Shown piece by piece: positions 13,659 through 25,826 of a DNA stretch of 64,000 bases; positions within the stretch are counted from its first letter, which is position 1; every line of letters starts with the position of its first letter. The stretch is from Macrostomum hystrix. Taxonomy: Eukaryota; Animalia; Platyhelminthes. Below the pieces are notes generated by a model that saw nothing but the letters and a program-made list of their open reading frames with translations, was not told the DNA's origin and did not search any database. The stretch covers positions 1,984,001-2,048,000 of the forward strand of contig CATNEN010000029.1 in assembly GCA_950097015.1 (NCBI GenBank), in the 5' to 3' direction. The position numbers and the translations under genes were made by a program.

Positions 13659-14175
13659 ATGTTCTCCTGCCTTGCCACATCGCCGAAGAAGAAGTTGTTG
13701 AGCAAGAAGCAGTTGCTGTCACCGTCGATTGGTGGCGGCGGAGGCGGCAAGATTTCAACGCGCAAGCTTCTAGCTCGCGTTCTGCCGCCCAGACCATTGC
13801 CTGCTGTCGATGCAGCCGACGATTCCGACAGCAGCGGCGGTGGCCGAGCCGGCGACGGTGACCTGCACAGTCAGCTGCACGCCCTATTGAAGCACATTCA
13901 ACGTAGCGGCGGAGACCGGCTGGCTAAGCTGGCGCACGCGATAGAAACCGGAGCATCCGGCGCCACCGACTGCGTCCGTCTTGACCCCGTTGGCCTCGAA
14001 CTGCAGCTTGGCCGACACCGGGTCAACGCTCGCCAGTTGTGCCTGCGCGCCTGGCGCTATCCGGACCTGTCCGCCGTTGAGATTCTGACACCGTTCACCG
14101 ACACCTGCTGCAGTAGGCGGGCTGGCCAGTGCATAAATCCGTTTCATTTTTACCGGACTGTGAGCGCCGCGCCTG
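13659..14175 (+). CDS. SMAD6/7: Inhibitory Smad (Smad6/7) exon 1, MH1-like domain
   Basis: LLKHIQ...LAHAIET...DCVRL...QLCLRAWRYPDL...CINPFHFYR resembles the I-Smad N-domain (WPDL, CCNPYHFSR). Phase-1 donor G|gtgagt at 14175/14176. Confidence 0.88.
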
Positions 14176-16274
14176 GTGAGTTCCTATGCCAGCCACTGGC
14201 GCTTGTAACTAATTGTAATTCATCCCAGTTACTGTAGGACTTATTTACGACAGTTCCCAGTGTGAATTGTCATCTTTGCCAAGAATGCTCTGCTGTATAA
14301 GCGTGTGTGAGTCACACTATATGTTAGGTAGGATCAAGAAATCACTAGTTGGGAGTAGTAGCGGATCTCGATATATTGCAGCAGGGAAATAGGGATTTAG
14401 CAGCATGGGATCGATCGTAAATAAGGAAATGGCCTTTTCTGTTTCCCCACTCCATGGCTATGTCTGCATTGCCCAGGCGCTCTCTCTCTTCTTAACTGAT
14501 ATCGCCCCGGTCCCAAATCCCAATTGAGGAGCGAGAGCGCGTGGGAGTCGCCTGACTGGAGCCATCGTTGGTCGGATTCTCCTCCCGCCTCTTTCCTTGC
14601 CTAAGCTCCCCCGTGTCTGCATGGTTCTGGGTCTGCAAAAAATACTCTGCCAGCCCCAGCCAGCCTGCTATAGTCTGGCCCTCACCTCACGAAGTCTCCA
14701 GGTATTACCTGTGTATAGCTAGATCTGCGTTAATTAAATCCGCAAACGCTTCGCATGCAGGCCAGGGCGCCATGCGTCTCGTTCGCTACCATCGCTTCCC
14801 CTATCAAATATATAGGCAAATCCCAGGGTTGAGGCCTCAATCTAGATGCGTCTCTTTCAAAAGCCTCATATAAAGTGTAATAATCCCACTTGCAGAATCC
14901 GGCGATAAATGTTTTTTCGTTTTTTTTCATTTGATATCTTTACTCTGTGGCGCCTTCTTGTCGTGTTTCGCCCCGTCTGTCTAATCTCTTGGGGATTATT
15001 CTGTTGATTTCAATCTCAAATTAGACTCTGAGACTGTCTACATCTGCGCTGCACGTGGCTGGCGGATTCGGTTGGTATAAAGCAACTACTAATAAAATTG
15101 TGTTAGACTTCTTTGTCTCACCTGCACCCTGACCTCTAGCTGTTGTCAGTTAGTTAGTCTTTGTATATGGAGACGCATTGCTATTGACTAGCCCTAATTT
15201 AGTCTCAGGTTATCAGCTAGAGCTCTTGAGCTCTCTCTCGCTTCTCTCTTTTCACGTCTTCATTCCCTTCAATAAAATAGCTTCATCGATCTTGAGTCCT
15301 GTCAGTCAGGTAGCTGTAGTATATGCGTGTCTGTCTCCAGTATCTGCATTGTGAACCCTGGACTTTCTAGACTCTAGGATACATACCAACCCTCCTTAAC
15401 TGTTCCGTCGCTTAGAATGTGGCGGTTCTTTTCTATACTTGTAACAGTCTCTTAATTTCGGTTAAAAAAATAAGGACGCGTGACGGGTCTATAAGTCGTC
15501 CAAGCTTGATTTATAATATTGCTTCCTGGTGTTATACATGTCTATTATAGAAGCTGTCCTATGGCGTGTGCGTATCTGTGCGTGCGATCATGTTATTCTT
15601 CTTATTGCTTCCTTCTAATTTAACCTAAGCGGTGGTCTCTGTTCCTTAGATCTTTCTTTCTGTCTGATCTGCGAGTCAAATCTGGCTCATTCTATACGAC
15701 AGCTCAAACTTTGCTGTCCATCAAACCGCCTGGGGGTCGGGGGTCGCGCCGATAATTTGAAGACCTTATCTGCCTTTCTGGCTTTTGCTGCTTTCTCCGA
15801 CAGTCATCCGCGTCTTCAGTGGTCTCTTTATTGCGCCGCTGTGTCTATGTGGAATGTAATTTGCGTGATTTCAACCCTATGGTCAAGCTAGAATACAAGA
15901 ACTTATCTCATCTTTTGTTATTTGACGACAAAAAGAGAGATTATTAAGTGCCAAGTGAGTTTTTTCTCTACGCGTCGCGTCTTGAAATAGAAACGTTGAA
16001 CAATAAAGCTAGTTCAAGCAAACATTGCTTTTAGATTAGCCATTTCGTTTTTTAGCCTGTAAATTTTTAGCTTGTTTCAAACCCATACAGCTAAGCCTGA
16101 TTTGATATTTGTTGAACTCTTGTCTTAATCTGTGACTAGACTAGATGATTGAAAAGTCTAAATATTTACAGAATAAGTTAGCTCATTTATACACGTACTT
16201 AGTCGAATAATCACCTCCATATCTTGCTTTGGTGCTTTGAGCTTTTAGTTGACGAAACTTCGTGTTTTTTTAGA

Positions 16275-16660
16275 AGCTTAGGGTTTTTTTATAGTTGGGG
16301 TTTTGTGAAGCTTAGGGTTTTGTGAAGCATATGGTTTTGTCAAGCTTAGGGTTTTGTGAATCTTAGGGTTTTGTCAAGCTTAGGGTTTTGTGAATCTTAG
16401 GGTTTTGTGAATCTTAGGGTTTTGTGAAGCATAGGGTTTTGTCAAGCTTAGGGTTTTGTGAAGCATAGGGTTTTGTGAAGCTTAGGGTTTTGTGAATCTT
16501 AGGGTTTTGTGAATCTTATGGTTTTGTGAAGCATAGGGTTTTGTGAATCTTAGGGTTTTGTGAATCTTAGGGTTTTGTGATGCTTCGGGTTTTTTGAAGC
16601 CCGGGTTTTTTTATGTTTGTGATTTTGTGAAGCCTAAGGTTTATGTGAGTTTAGGGTTAT
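16275..16660. repeat. 17-bp minisatellite (gaagcttagggttttgt) containing TTAGGG, in the Smad intron
   Basis: ~19 visible copies with 17-bp period. Confidence 0.92.
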
Positions 16661-17364
16661 TAGTTTTTTAGGTCTACGTTTTAGAAATACGAGCTTGTTT
16701 TCTATTAAGCTTTGTGATTCCTCATATTTGTGAATCTTCGCCTCTTTCTAAATAGTTAATGGAGTTCGCTTTTAGCAAAAGTGGCTAATGATCGAGTGTC
16801 TGTTCTTTTTATCTGTCTGTGTATACGACGTAATAGATAGATGGCTAGGAGGAAAGAATTGAGAGCAGAAATTGAGTGGAGTGGCTAACGAGCTAGTCTC
16901 CCTTTTTTAAGCCTTGAAAGACAAAAAAGTAAAGTAATTAAAAGCAATGGAGTTAGTTTGTTTTAGAGTTGGACAGGAAAGGAACAACAAACAGTAAATG
17001 AGAGGACAGAGAGGCAAGGAGCGGAGGCTAGCGAAAGCAAAGGTTAAAAACGAGAAGGCAGAGAATAGAAAAAGAGCGGACAGGCAGACGGTTAGCAACT
17101 GAGCGCCACTATACAAGAAGAGATTGCAATGCAATTGCCTTCAAACGCACCCCCCGCCGCAGGCTTTCAAAGCCAAATGAGCAGGTGAATGAGTGAAAGC
17201 TGTCCCGGTCTTTTTAAGCCTAGACGGCATGGCGGCGCCCTTAAGGACCGCCTGCAAAAACTATAGGGGCTTTCGATCCACGAGGGGAGTGAGGGGAGAG
17301 ACCGCGAAAGTTAAGGGGGTTCGTCCACCTTCTCCTCCTCTCTCCACTCAATCCGCCTGACGCC

Positions 17365-17369
17365 GCCGC

Positions 17370-17405
<36 letters not shown>
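17365..17405. repeat. (GCC)n tract
   Basis: Directly visible. Confidence 0.9.
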
Positions 17406-17407
<2 letters not shown>

Positions 17408-19239
17408 GCCACCGCCACAAAGTGGCTTAGCCGCACAGCCTGACGATACAAAGAATATAGAGATCCACAGAGAGACACAGAGTGGCGCTGGGGGTTTATG
17501 TTGGTTCGAAGATGCCTGATCGAGACGAGGATCGCTGGGGGGTGACCGCGGCTTTTTTGGCTGGGCTGGCGCCCCCTTAATGACGGGCCAGACAAGTTTT
17601 CTGGCGCGCTGCGCTTCCAGACTAGGGATGGAAATAAGTGGAGAATGGGGAAATGGGTGGAATGGAGAGGAGTGGTGGGGGCGAATCAGGCCTTCGCTTG
17701 ACCTCCCTGGAATTGGGAAGCGCCCCCCTCCATTCTTGGTTTTCGTTTTTCTAAGGTCTCGGCTGGGCGACTAATTGGCTTGGTTAAAGCACTTAAAAAT
17801 TGGGTCTCGTGGCTTTCGGTCTGAGACGGCTGGGAAATTTTTCTCTCATGAAAATCTTCGGGCCGTATTGTCCGCCATCTCTGTCAATCTTTCCTCTTTC
17901 GAGATCATTTCAAATTGGCGTTTTCTCAACCTGTTCTGTCTCCATGTTCTGTCTCCCTCTCTCCAAATCAGATCTGTCTCAGATTTCATCGGCGCGACTC
18001 TTGTCTGTCTGTACTGGTTGTTTCCCCACTTATCTTCTGGAGTGTGAGACACTGCTTAGATACCGACTATCCATCAATAAACCGCTTATGCGACTCGTAA
18101 TATAAATTATAAGGACAGTGCGCGATGGCACAATGGATTTTTCACCGAGAAAGTTAAAATGCGGTCAGTTCGGGCCATCGGGCTTCGGTTGGGTAGGCTT
18201 GGCGTCGCTGTCTGGTAGAGAAGCAGTCTAATGAAACATGACAGGTTTGCTTTTTTTGCAACCAGGCCGCTTATCTAACCCCGTTCCCCGCCGCCATTTC
18301 CCGAATCCCTATCAGGGATCTGCAACCCCATTTTTCTCTAGGCTTTTTTTTCTCCTGTTGCTCCTAATGACGCTGCCGACGTCGTCTGGCCCGGAGCTCG
18401 CTGCCATAATTCTTTGCGGCTAGCCGTGTGTTATTAGAGGCTTAAAATAATGGCGCCAAAGATTTAGGAAATTGGGAATAGCCTTACCCTAGACAGATCT
18501 CTCTATCCCCTGTCTAAAGCTCTGGCCTCGCAAAGTCTATCTCATGCCTGCGCCGGCGAGGGCCTTCCAACTATTTGTTGTTGCACTTATCATCGTCTTC
18601 GCTTTCTTATTCTCTGCATTATTCTTTTCTCGCTGGGTTTTGTGCTGCCATTGAGCCAAAGTGGCCGGAACCGAAACGCTAGTTATTAACCGCAAAACTG
18701 AGGGCCGGCCTCTTAAAACAAGCCGATAATGACGCGCACAGATACTGGCATTACTGTCAATTCTGCTATTTAAAATGAGTGGCGGCATTAGCTTAATGGG
18801 CAATCAACAGGCAGCGCACACTTGAAATGGTTTCTTATTTTTTATAAGGCGCCACCTCCTGCCCTCCATGGTGCGACAGGTCGGTTGGCGGGCCCCGAGG
18901 GTGGCCCGGGTCCCTGTTAGACTGTCTCTGCTTCTCCCCCCTCAATTCATTTTCTTCATTTGTCTGAACTGCTGCTAAACCATTCAGTCTCCTTTCGCCT
19001 CTTGCTTAGTAGCGGTGAGGAGGCCATGCAGAAAGAAAAAGTCGCAATTCGTGTTGTGTCTCGGTGTGTCTCTTTGGCCCTCCGCATGCCCCCTCATTCT
19101 CTGTCTGTCTCTTCTGTCCCTCACTGTTTAGTTAGGGACCCTCTCATAGCCAGAGAGAGAGAGAGAGAGAAAGACAGAGAACCCTCCGACAGACAGGCAC
19201 CTTGGCGTGAGGGGGTAGAAGAAAGAGGGACAGGGAGTG

Positions 19240-19255
19240 CTGCTGCAGCTGCGGC

Positions 19256-19287
<32 letters not shown>

Positions 19288-19315
19288 CAGCGGCGGCGGC
19301 AGCGGCGGCGGCGGC
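19240..19315. repeat. (GCG)n tract next to a GAGA run
   Basis: Directly visible; (GA)n at ~19152-19170. Confidence 0.9.
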
Positions 19316-19399
19316 TGGCTGGCTGGCTGGCCGGCTGGCGGGTGGGGCCACGCTGTCGGGCCTGGGAGCCGCCACCATGCGCCACGCGGGCGCGCTCTC

Positions 19400-19597
19400 T
19401 CCCTCCGCTGCCGCTGTCGGCCTCTCCCTCACTCACTCAAACATACACAAAACCAGCCACCCCCGGCTTGTCTATCCACTCCCATAGCTGCATTTCTCAC
19501 TGCCTGCTTTGCGCATTCACACGCCGGTGTCCCTGCCTACCCCCTCCCCGACTAAAGTGACCCCTAGGGGTCGGATGTGTGTGGGAAGCTAGAGCAG
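19400..19597 (+). other. Candidate alternative non-coding first exon inside the Smad intron
   Basis: GC/GAGA-rich promoter-like island followed by a consensus donor CAG|gtgagt at 19597/19598. Confidence 0.35.
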
Positions 19598-22125
19598 GTG
19601 AGTGAGCTTCTTCTAACTCCGTGTCCCCGCTCTTTTTTATGCCCAACTCAAATATATCTTGCTGCTCCCCGCCTCGCTTTCCTTATGAAACTCCTCATTT
19701 AACCCTGCTCCGCGGTTCCCGTCTCGCATCTGTAACCAGCGCCCCCACCTTATCCACCCCTCTATCTACTGCCGCCAGTCTGTCGGGTCGCCTCTACAGC
19801 GGGCCCGCTGGTTGGGGATAAGAAATAAAAATAGGCAAGCCAGTCAGTCATCTAGTCAGTCAGCGAGGTCGGGTGACTGGCAATAGAGGAGACTTTGATA
19901 ATAGTGAATTTGACGAGACTGGCGGGCAGCGAGTAGTTAAATGGGGTTCTTTTTGCCCTGCCTGAAAAGGGAGGCTAGCTATAAGGGGCTTCTCACTATT
20001 TTAGAGTAATTCTGTCTCCGCTCTTCGATGATGTCTGTCTGTCTGTCTGTCTCTCCCTCTTCATTCCTCTTCATTCAATTGGCTCTTTGCTTTTCACCCA
20101 ATTTCTGACACTGTCATCCGCAAGATAGAAGCGAAGTCTGAAGTAGTAGAGAGTGAATGAGTAGTTGAGCTTGTGCTCAAGAGCTCTGTCAAGGCTCCGA
20201 TGAGGATGAGGCACTGTTTGCAGATACTGACTGCAGTTCCTGTCTATTTACCTCCGCTTTTGTTGATTTGCTGCCTGGTTTTAGTTTTTAGTATCTTGTC
20301 ACCTTCAAGGTGTTGTTAAGTGTGCCAGTCTTTGCTAGGCTTGGAGGCTAGAAAACGTGGCCAGGCAGGTTTTAAAGAGCTGCGATGGAGAAGGGAACCA
20401 ACCACCTGATGAATAATAAAACAGTTCAGGTGTGCTTTGAGTCGGGGTGTAAATTGTGATTGCTATGCCTCTATCATCCCGATTATCGTGTGTCTTTCCA
20501 CATTAGCCTCTTAAAACTGCACCTAAATCTTAGAATGAATGAATTGAATTAGACGAGATTTTTATTCCATATAAAAAAGCGGGATCTTCATGCAGTTGAC
20601 GGCGTCACATTTGCCGGTAGCTAGGCTGTGACATGTTCTAGACCAGTTGGTACTGCATTTTATCACACTTCCGTCTGAGAGAGAAATAATTTATAACAAA
20701 AAGTATTTGGTGTTGTTTATTTTTTAAGTTGAAAAACAGTGAAAAGTTGCCGGTTGGATTTCTTGTGACACGGGCACCGCTTGATCCATTCTGAAAGAAT
20801 ATACTGTTGTATAGGGCACTGCCTATTGATTTGAACAGCTGCCTATATTCCCGTTGACTGCATACAATTTATTCTCCAATGTTGGTTAGCCAGGATATTG
20901 CTCAATAGGCGCAAGACCGCCTGCATGCGTGCCGATTCTCTTGCCTTAGGTGTGAAAAATGGGCGACAATCTTCCCACTCTTCCAGTTCTCCCCACTTTC
21001 TCTCGCACTTATTGTGTGCGTGTTTTAAGCACGCGCCAAAAGTAGAATGAAGAGTTAGGCTAACGTTAGGGGATTCACGCCTTAACCTATGTTTCAACAG
21101 CTGGAGGCCTGAGCCGCAGTCATTATCAACTTTTATTCTATTTCTCTCTATTTTTCAGTAGAGTTTACAGTTACGGGACTAGAAATTTAGTAGGGGATCA
21201 GATTATAAAACCCTAAAGTATAGTAGATTAGATTTCTGTCAGTGACCTTCCGGTACGAGTATTAATTAAAACAAAGAAAGTCCCATAAGCAATCCTATTC
21301 TATTCTAGACTCTAGATTTGAAAAAACGTCTGATTGCATTTTCAGATAATTGTTATCTTTCTCTTCTTGTTCCCCCATCCGAACGGATTCCCAACCGTTT
21401 GAATATTTTCCCCACGATCGCATTCATTCATTTGTGTCTATTTTTCTGTGACATGCCAGTCTCATTGGCCGGCTAGTTTAGCTGGGAGAAGTGCAGCTAG
21501 AAAACTTGTGTGTGCAAATACTATTGCTTTAGTATATGACCCAAGATAGCTTTGGTTGTAATGCCATCCCTGTCAATGCTTTGCGATTGCCCTTATATAC
21601 TGTCTCCACTATCCCCCTCTGTGTCTGTGTTAGCTGTTTAGTGTATATTTTTCTGGCCAAAGCTTGGCCTTATAAACTTTGCACGCAATCGGGAAACTAT
21701 CTCTATTTGGCGGTGCGTGTGTGCGTGTGCGTGTGTGTGTGTGTATGCGCGCGCTTTTAAATCGTTTTCCGCGAAACCACGCGGAAGCCATAGATACAGA
21801 CGATGGGTACTGGCAGAGAGAGAAGGCACAAAGATTGACTAGTTTGGGGGCATTGGGAAAGTGGCATCGCCGTGTTGGCCGTCGGCGCTTGGATTTTGCG
21901 GCCCAGATGACACCGACTATCGGACACAGATGGCAGGCTGTGGGGGGACAGGCGGGTTTAAAGTCAGAAGGGGTCCGGATGACGGAATCGAAATCTATTC
22001 CTATAAAACTGTCGCGTATCGCGTATTTGTGCCTCTCTATAGTCAGACTAGTGCGGCCTACCCTATCTGTTCTGTTTTTACCTCTGCGTGTTGTTCAGAA
22101 TGTATATATAAAAAAGTTTTCACTC

Positions 22126-22243
22126 GTGGCTAAACATCTCAATAATATCTGCAATGGCTTTGATTGCTTGTAGCCTGTCTGGGAATCCGCTACTCACTGG
22201 TGGCTAAACATCTCAATAATATCTGCAATGGCTTTGATTGCTT
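22126..22243. repeat. Two identical 44-bp direct repeats separated by 30 bp
   Basis: gtggctaaacatctcaataatatctgcaatggctttgattgctt at 22126-22169 and 22200-22243. Confidence 0.9.
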
Positions 22244-24618
22244 TAATCGATATTTCTGAGCAACATTCGTTGCCGTTTTGCCTGTCTTCTTCTTGAGTCA
22301 GCTTTGGCTTTTCTGGGTAGTGGGGGGAGGCGGCGCAGCGAGTCTACGGGGCCAGTGGCTGGCGACTCTTTGCTTTCTTTCTCTGTAATTTTTTTCCTGA
22401 CTTATTATGGCGCCGCAATGTCAGAAAATGCTCAGAGATAGAGAGACAGAGATAGCAAAGGGGCCGCTTGTCTGTTTGTGTGTCCGCTAATGTGTGTGGT
22501 GTATGTGTGTGGCGCGCCCGCGTTTATCTCCGTGCCATCAGACGTCAGACTAACCGGCGACTACTCAAACTTCACTGGACCCGATCGCCGTCCTTCCCAC
22601 CCCTTAGCTCCCCGACAGACGCAATCTGTTGTCCCACTGTTGCCACATTAACTAGCTCTGCTATTGAGTTTGTTTTCCTATAGAGATCTGACATCTATAG
22701 CTATCTGATATCTGGCGTCTCTTGTCTTCGTCTGTCCTGAGCCTTCCGCTTCGCCGTTTTTTCTCATTTACTGACGCTTCCGGCCTCCCCCCGAGGTTGG
22801 TCTCTGTCCATTGCTTCTTCAGTCAGTTTTCCAACAAGCAAAATAAAGTGTGCAGTCGGATTCAACTGACTGACTGCCGTCTAGTCTGGCCCAGTCTAGG
22901 CTTATTCGATTGGCTTATTGCTTGTGTTTTTCTCTTTAGTCATCCAATAGCCAGAGAAATTTCAACAGTAAAAAATGCATACATTCAGACTGTTGGCGAC
23001 GATTATGGTCGGCGTGACGGCGCAGCTGAGACGACTGCGTCCTCCTTGTAGTCTCCAGGGTATCTAATGGGATCTTTATGGGGGGGGATGCGGCTCAGCC
23101 TGGCGCCGCCGCCGTGCCGATCAAAGAGGATTAGCGATGCCACGATGGCTATAGCTTCGTTGCTTGCGATGGGGTCGGTTGACTGGATTTGGAGCCGGGG
23201 TATTAGTGGAGTGGAATCGCTCACTGCTAGCGAGTAAGCCCGTATCCAGTCTATTATTTTTTGTCTTCTCTTTGCTTTCATCCGTTTTAAAAAATCCCTT
23301 GTTTTAATTCATTAAGGCGGTTAAATTCTCCACCATTCTGTAATAGGATTGGGATGATAATGGATTTGAGAAGCGCATGAGAGAGCTTTGCATTGGAGTG
23401 ATAAAAAATGAATTTTTGCTTAAAATAACGCTAATTGTAGATCGGAGTGCCGATTGTTTGCTGAAATTCCATAGTTCGTTTTTTAGCTGCTTCATTCTTT
23501 TAAATCGAGACAACAAAAAATCTGAAATTCGCTTTGCCTATTTTCTGTTGCTGTCTCTGTTTTTTTTCGGGTGCCGCCATTTTAGTCTTTGAGATTTTCC
23601 TCCACCACCAGAGAGAACTGGCTAGGCTAGGATTTTAGAAATATATATAATCATTATGTTTTTGTAAATCGCTGATTCAACGTGTGTTTCGTTTGTTTTC
23701 TATAAAGCTCTTCAATCATTGTCCAGTAGCTGGGGCTTCCAGATGCATTAATTAATTCGTCATCAGCCCAATCATGTACACGTCAATTGTCAATGTCATT
23801 GTTTATACGCATATATTAGCCTCGTATATATATATATATATATATATTTATACAGTGTATGATAAACGAGCGATTTGGAAGGACGCTCTACGATCTAAAA
23901 TAATGATTGAGAATGCTAGCCATTTCTATTGAGAAGGTCGTCTCTCTCTTTCTCTCAAGTGTCCATTTAGGAACAGGCCGAAATGACGGATGACTCGAGA
24001 AAAATAGGCGGAGACTCGCGGTTCTGTTTGCCGAAGCTTATAGAAAAAATTCAGATGTCAGATGGGGATAGGGTCTGCTCCAAGTAGGAATTCAGCCCTG
24101 CCGCAAGTACATGGCATGTAGAACTAGCACAAACAAGGCACTGGTGCAGAGTGGTTAAGCAGCATAGAAAAACATTGTTTAGCTTGTTCTGTCCAGATGA
24201 CCGCAGAGGGATGTGAATTACTTAGCTATGCCACGATTTATTTATTAGCTTATTCTGTATTTGCTAATCCTATGTGCATTTGTTATCAGACCATTTTCTT
24301 CTTCTACTATTTAAACTTTAGGGAGTCTGTCCCAGGGGGGCATTGCCTTGGCCTCTGTCCTCTCCCCGTCCGGTTAGTTAGTCCTAAACAGGCCTAGAGT
24401 AAATAAACAGTGCACGATGCAGTGCATATGCGGGAAGGTTTAGTCCACTGAAATAATATTACTGTGCCTGAACTGTACGCATTGGCCAGGCTTACGCGAA
24501 ATATGGCTACGTGAAAATCAAATTTTCTTGTTCAAAGCTTCAGGGGTTTGAATTTAAGATTTTACTGCGAGAGCATAGTGAAATTGGTTTTATTTATTGA
24601 GTACATTCATTATTGCAG

Positions 24619-25826
24619 ACCTACACGGCTTGATGAATCGGCTTATTCAGCTGGAACAGAAGCTGCCTCTCATCTCCTTCTCTGACAATGAAGTGTCCTC
24701 GTCCGGCTGCAGCAGTGGTGAGTACTTTTTGAGCACACTGTTTAAGCAGTACCTGCGTTGGGATTCGAGCTCTCGACCTCCTAAGAGTGTATTTTTCTCG
24801 CCTTCGCCAGACTCGCTCCTGTCCGCAAGTCGCAAGAGCTGGCTAACCACTGGGAGCAGCGGATTGTCCAATCATCAGCATCAGCGAGACGGTCTGTTTG
24901 GCGGCGGCGGCAGCGGCAGTAGCAGTTGCAGCTCCTGTTGTTGCTGTTGCTGTTTAACATCCGATGCTCAATCCTCAACCGCCGCCGCTTCGTCATTGTC
25001 CGGTCCTAATCGACTTCTGTCGCAGCAGCGGGCACTGGCGCCGCCTTTAGCTGAAACAGCGTCCGAGAGCGAAGCGGAGCAGCCTGTGTCAGCCGCTGAA
25101 GAGGACCAGCAGGCCTGGTGCGCCATAGCCTACTGGGAGGGCCGCTGCCGCATTGGTCATTTGGTTCGCGTTCGCGATCCAGCGTTTCGAGTCTGTCAAC
25201 GAGCTGTCGCGACTGACGCCGCCGCCGCAGTCCTGTCGCTGGAGGCGCTGTCGGCCGAGTCTTCCTCATCGTCGTCATTGCTGGCCAATCAGCATCGCCT
25301 GACAGATCCGGACGGCGAATTGGCCAGGCAGGCGGCGAAGACGCGCGCCAAAATTGGCCCCGGTGTTGCTCTGGTCCGCCGCCGCCGCCGCAGCAGACGG
25401 CATCGAGTAGTTGGCGCCGATGACAGCGACAACGACGACTTCGGCGAGCACGAGGAGGCAACGATAGCGGCGGATGAGGCCACAGGCGAGAGCACAGAGC
25501 TGATCATCTTCAACCAGTCTGAGCACGCAGTCTTTGTTCATTCGCCAACCCTGCAGCCGCTGTCCTCCGGCGATATAACCGGATTGACCGCTCCCTACCA
25601 GGCCGTCAAGCTGCCACCCGGCTGCTGCTTGAAGGCGTTCGACTCGACCGCCGCCAGCCTGCTGTGCCGGGCCCGCAGGCTAGGCCAGTTGAACCAATGC
25701 GCTCCGGCTGCCGCCGACCCCTTCACTGTGCGGCTGAGCTTTGTGAAGGGCTTCGGCGCCGCCTACCAGAGGCAGGACATCATCTACTGCCCCTGCTGGC
25801 TGGAGATCATGCTGAGCCTTGGCTGA
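24619..25826 (+). CDS. SMAD6/7: Inhibitory Smad (Smad6/7) linker + MH2 exon(s); probable 93-nt in-frame intron at 24718-24810
   Basis: Acceptor ttattgcag| in phase 1, compatible with exon 1 (G+AC=Asp). WCAIAYWE, FNQSEHAVFVHSPTL, VRLSFVKGFG.AYQRQDIIYCPCWLEIML; no C-terminal SSxS. AATAAA at 25945 and 25959. Confidence 0.92.

Noticed and set aside
19121-19560. Poly-Ala and poly-Arg ORFs
   Set aside because: Translations of the (GCG)n tract in several frames; no domain signal.
22126-22243. CRISPR-like repeat-spacer-repeat
   Set aside because: Only two repeats, eukaryotic intron, no palindromic repeat and no cas genes.
22990-23230. Possible missing middle (PY-motif) exon of the Smad
   Set aside because: Phase-1 entry at the best acceptor hits a stop. 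The only open alternative has a weak donor and no PPxY.
24143-24160. Isolated A-box-like ggtgcagagtggttaagc
   Set aside because: No B box or SINE body follows.
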